This document shows positions 61,807 to 64,000 of a DNA stretch of 64,000 nt, piece by piece (positions within the stretch are counted from its first letter, which is position 1; every line of letters starts with the position of its first letter). The stretch is from contig JAHCRG010000006.1 of NCBI GenBank assembly GCA_020148045.1, positions 73,909 to 137,908 on the forward strand, read 5' to 3'. The notes under the pieces are model-generated. The model was not told the origin of the DNA. It searched no databases and worked only from the letters and a program-made list of their open reading frames with translations. The position numbers were made by a program, and so were the translations under genes. Origin of the DNA: Patescibacteria group bacterium. Its GTDB lineage: Bacteria > Patescibacteriota > Minisyncoccia > Minisyncoccales > GWA2-38-27.

Positions 61807-63309
61807 ATGAAAAAATCTATTTTGAGAATAGTTGTAGTTTTGCTAATCATGGGTCTCAATTGGACCGGTCTTTTAGCTATTGGCAGAACCCTCGCTTATT
61901 TTAACGATACTGAAAATACCTTAGAAAATAATCTTTCTGTTGGAACTTTAGATATTGTGCTGGACCCAGCCGGGGTTTATGTTTCAGGTTTGATGTATCC
62001 ATCTGATGAAACATCCACTTCAATTAATTTTTCAAGTGTTGGGAGTATTCCCATCAAATATTTTTCAAAAATACTTCCTTTGACGGGAAATACGGATCCC
62101 TGCGTTTATGTCAATCTGAGTGCCACAGACGGCACACAAAATTATTCCGAGTCGTTGCTTGAATTTGTTTCCACCACTGCCACGCCAGAAGGACCTGTCA
62201 ATTGGGATTATACGTTTACGATTGCTTCTTCGGCGCCGCCCGCTGTTTGGGGCAAGACCTGTTATTTCAAATGGTCTTTTACTGCCTGGGACAAGGATAT
62301 GGCGGAGCCGAACAGTGGATTTATTGACATTGAGGAAAAATCCGGAGGCATAAAGATTGGCAAGACGATTGTTCTTAATGAAATTCTGGCAAATCCCATT
62401 GGGCCTGACGATGCCTATAAACCGAACGGCGAATGGGTGGAGCTTTACAACAACAGCAATATTGACATTAATGTTGCCGGCTGGGTTGTTTACGACTCTG
62501 ATGACGAGCATAAACTTTACATAACAGCCGGAAATACCAATACCGGATCCACAATAGTGCCGGCGCACGGATTTTTGGTTGTCTATCGCGACGGAGACAG
62601 CGATTTTACCATTGACGATGACATAGAGACAATAAGGCTATATACCGGCTATCCTGTTTCTTCTTCAATTTTGATTGATTCTTATTCATATAGCGACGAG
62701 AAACCGGAGGGATATTCTTACGCCCGCATTCCGGATGGAGTGGGCGCATGGGTAGATCCAATTCCTACGCCTGGAGGACCAAATGTTTTAGATAATAAAG
62801 ATGATATTACGTTCTCTGAACTTGTAGAAGAGTTTATGGATTCTAATGGAGGAACAGGAGATTTAATAGAGGAATTAGAAGAGTTAGAAGAGCCGATGGA
62901 CATAGAGATAGTAACAGAGCCAGAAATAAGTACGGTAAGTGAACTCCCAGAGGATAGCATTATTGAAACAACCACTTCTTCTACAGAAGAAGTTATAGTT
63001 ATAGAAGAAGAACCCGAGCCAGAGCTTGAACCAGAGCAGGAAACAGGAGAAATAGAGGAAGAAATTATTCAAGAAGAATCATTGATTGAAGAAGAAACTC
63101 CTACTGGAGAAGAGGAGATTCTTGAGGAAGAACCTGTTGTTGAGGGAGAAGAGCCAATTGAAGAGGAACCCGATCCCGAACCGGAACCATTAAAAGAGCC
63201 TGACCCCGAACCCGAACCTGAACCGGAACCAGAGCCAGAGCCAGAACCAGAACCAGAGCCAGAGCCAGAGCCCGAATTAAACAATAACGATAATACAGAA
63301 AATGAATAA
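61807..63309 (+). CDS. SipW-signal protein with a TasA-like N-domain, lamin-tail domain and acidic (E/P)-repeat tail
   Basis: ...GRTLAYFNDTENTLENNLSVGTLDI; LTD-like VLNEILANPIGPDDAYKPNGEWVELYNNS..DI.VAGWVVYD; tail EPDPEPEPLKEPDPEPEPEPEPEPEPEPEPEPEPE. Start at 61807 (AGGGGAG SD) rather than the tracked 61723. Confidence 0.7.
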   Translation: MKKSILRIVVVLLIMGLNWTGLLAIGRTLAYFNDTENTLENNLSVGTLDIVLDPAGVYVSGLMYPSDETSTSINFSSVGSIPIKYFSKILPLTGNTDPCVYVNLSATDGTQNYSESLLEFVSTTATPEGPVNWDYTFTIASSAPPAVWGKTCYFKWSFTAWDKDMAEPNSGFIDIEEKSGGIKIGKTIVLNEILANPIGPDDAYKPNGEWVELYNNSNIDINVAGWVVYDSDDEHKLYITAGNTNTGSTIVPAHGFLVVYRDGDSDFTIDDDIETIRLYTGYPVSSSILIDSYSYSDEKPEGYSYARIPDGVGAWVDPIPTPGGPNVLDNKDDITFSELVEEFMDSNGGTGDLIEELEELEEPMDIEIVTEPEISTVSELPEDSIIETTTSSTEEVIVIEEEPEPELEPEQETGEIEEEIIQEESLIEEETPTGEEEILEEEPVVEGEEPIEEEPDPEPEPLKEPDPEPEPEPEPEPEPEPEPEPEPEPELNNNDNTENE

Positions 63310-64000
63310 AATATTTAATACAAGTTTAATTGTTTTAGGAATAGCTTTATTTTGCGCTACTCCAGTTTTTGCTAATGGTAATTTAATAGTAGAAGTTTGG
63401 GATGACTCACAGAGTAAATTTATACTGTTAGATTCTAATCCTTTATTCTCGGAGGCGAACTTTTTACCAGGTCAAGATGTTACCCGTTTGGTCAGAGTAA
63501 ACAATAATAGTGAGAAGATTCAAAAAATAGGAGTGAATCTGATAGATGATTCTGCATGCTCAACAAATTGTCTCTCCGATGTATTAGATTTAGTTATTAG
63601 TGAAAATGGAAGCGCTTTATATTCCGGTTCCCTGACTAGTTTTTACCAAGCCGGCGAGAAACATCTTTCTAATCTGGGAGCAGGGGCTTCAACAACATAT
63701 CAATTCTTAATCACTTTTAGGTCCGAGGCCGGTAATTTATATAATCCTAAAGAGGGTAACCCACAAGATACATCGGGCGCTGATTTTGATATTAAAATAG
63801 GATTTTTTGGTGAAGAATCAATAGGAGAAGAAATACCGGGTGGCGGAGGCGGAGGTTATTATATACCTGGCCTTGAGATTTATGATGAAGACGTTCCTGA
63901 AATTGGTGAAAGTTCTGTAACTATTACTTGGAAAACAACAAAACCAGCTACCAGTAGGGTAATCTATTTGATCTGTTCTCCAGAAGATCCTCCTCATGTT
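63302..64000 (+). CDS. secreted protein (Sec signal) with a TasA-like sandwich signature and an FN3-like start; 3' end outside window (not in ORF track)
   Basis: Hand translation gives MNKIFNTSLIVLGIALFCATPVFANGNLIVEVWDD...LPGQDVTRLVRVNNNSEKIQKIGV...SGADFDIKIGFFG...GGGGGGYYIPG...SSVTITWKTTKPATSRVIY. Open to base 64000; overlaps the previous stop by 8 nt. Confidence 0.65.
   Translation, partial: MNKIFNTSLIVLGIALFCATPVFANGNLIVEVWDDSQSKFILLDSNPLFSEANFLPGQDVTRLVRVNNNSEKIQKIGVNLIDDSACSTNCLSDVLDLVISENGSALYSGSLTSFYQAGEKHLSNLGAGASTTYQFLITFRSEAGNLYNPKEGNPQDTSGADFDIKIGFFGEESIGEEIPGGGGGGYYIPGLEIYDEDVPEIGESSVTITWKTTKPATSRVIYLICSPEDPPHV

Noticed and set aside
63069-63284. 71-aa minus-strand ORF encoding (GS)n
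   Set aside because: It is the antisense of the (EP)n hexamer microsatellite at the 3' end of the LTD protein gene, so a low-complexity artefact. The other minus ORFs at 62065..62568, 62718..62975 and 62884..63072 lie inside the same well-supported plus-strand gene.

Overview
64-kb stretch of a low-GC, tightly packed bacterial chromosome. By inference it belongs to a Candidate Phyla Radiation / Patescibacteria (Parcubacteria-like) organism, based on domain-trimmed aminoacyl-tRNA synthetases, Lys-rich tails on ribosomal proteins and RpoA, no rplA after rplK, and many apparently leaderless genes. Most of the window is housekeeping: infA-rpmJ-rpsM-rpsK-rpsD-rpoA-rplQ-rplM-rpsI, secE-nusG-rplK, rplJ-rplL behind an L10-leader-like attenuator, and rpmF, rpsP and rpmG. 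It also holds alaS, proS, pheST, thrS, gatCA and gatB, dnaE, holB, gyrB, murA, two mreB paralogues, an ftsA-like gene, frr, rseP, miaA/miaB, trmD, rnc, rnhB, nusB, def, pcm, mltG, and a dCMP-deaminase/tmk/thyX module. I hand-folded six tRNAs (fMet-like, Met/Ile2-CAT, Asp; Tyr, Thr, Trp) and found two small ribosomal genes missing from the ORF track (rpmJ, rpmG). The main hunt result is a 3'-terminal cluster (59.4 kb to window end). It encodes TasA/camelysin-like secreted proteins with SipW-type signal peptides and a dedicated SipW-like signal peptidase. One member carries a lamin-tail domain, and a structured leader and a candidate sRNA unit lie upstream. Other notable points:
- Intercistronic hairpins built from tandem 7-8-mers.
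- A 14-mer abutting three translation-gene start codons.
- An identical heptamer tract in-frame in gatA and trmD.
- A tRNA-Asp-adjacent island (pyrD-like/pyrE-like) bounded by a 29-bp direct repeat.
- RpoA without an alpha-CTD.
- An orphan Cas4-like nuclease.
- A secreted Kazal-like protein.
- A (GLxx)x22 glycine-zipper membrane protein.
- A MazG-linked three-gene module.
No rRNA, CRISPR array or transposase was seen. All calls come from reading the sequence and translations by eye; no searches were run.
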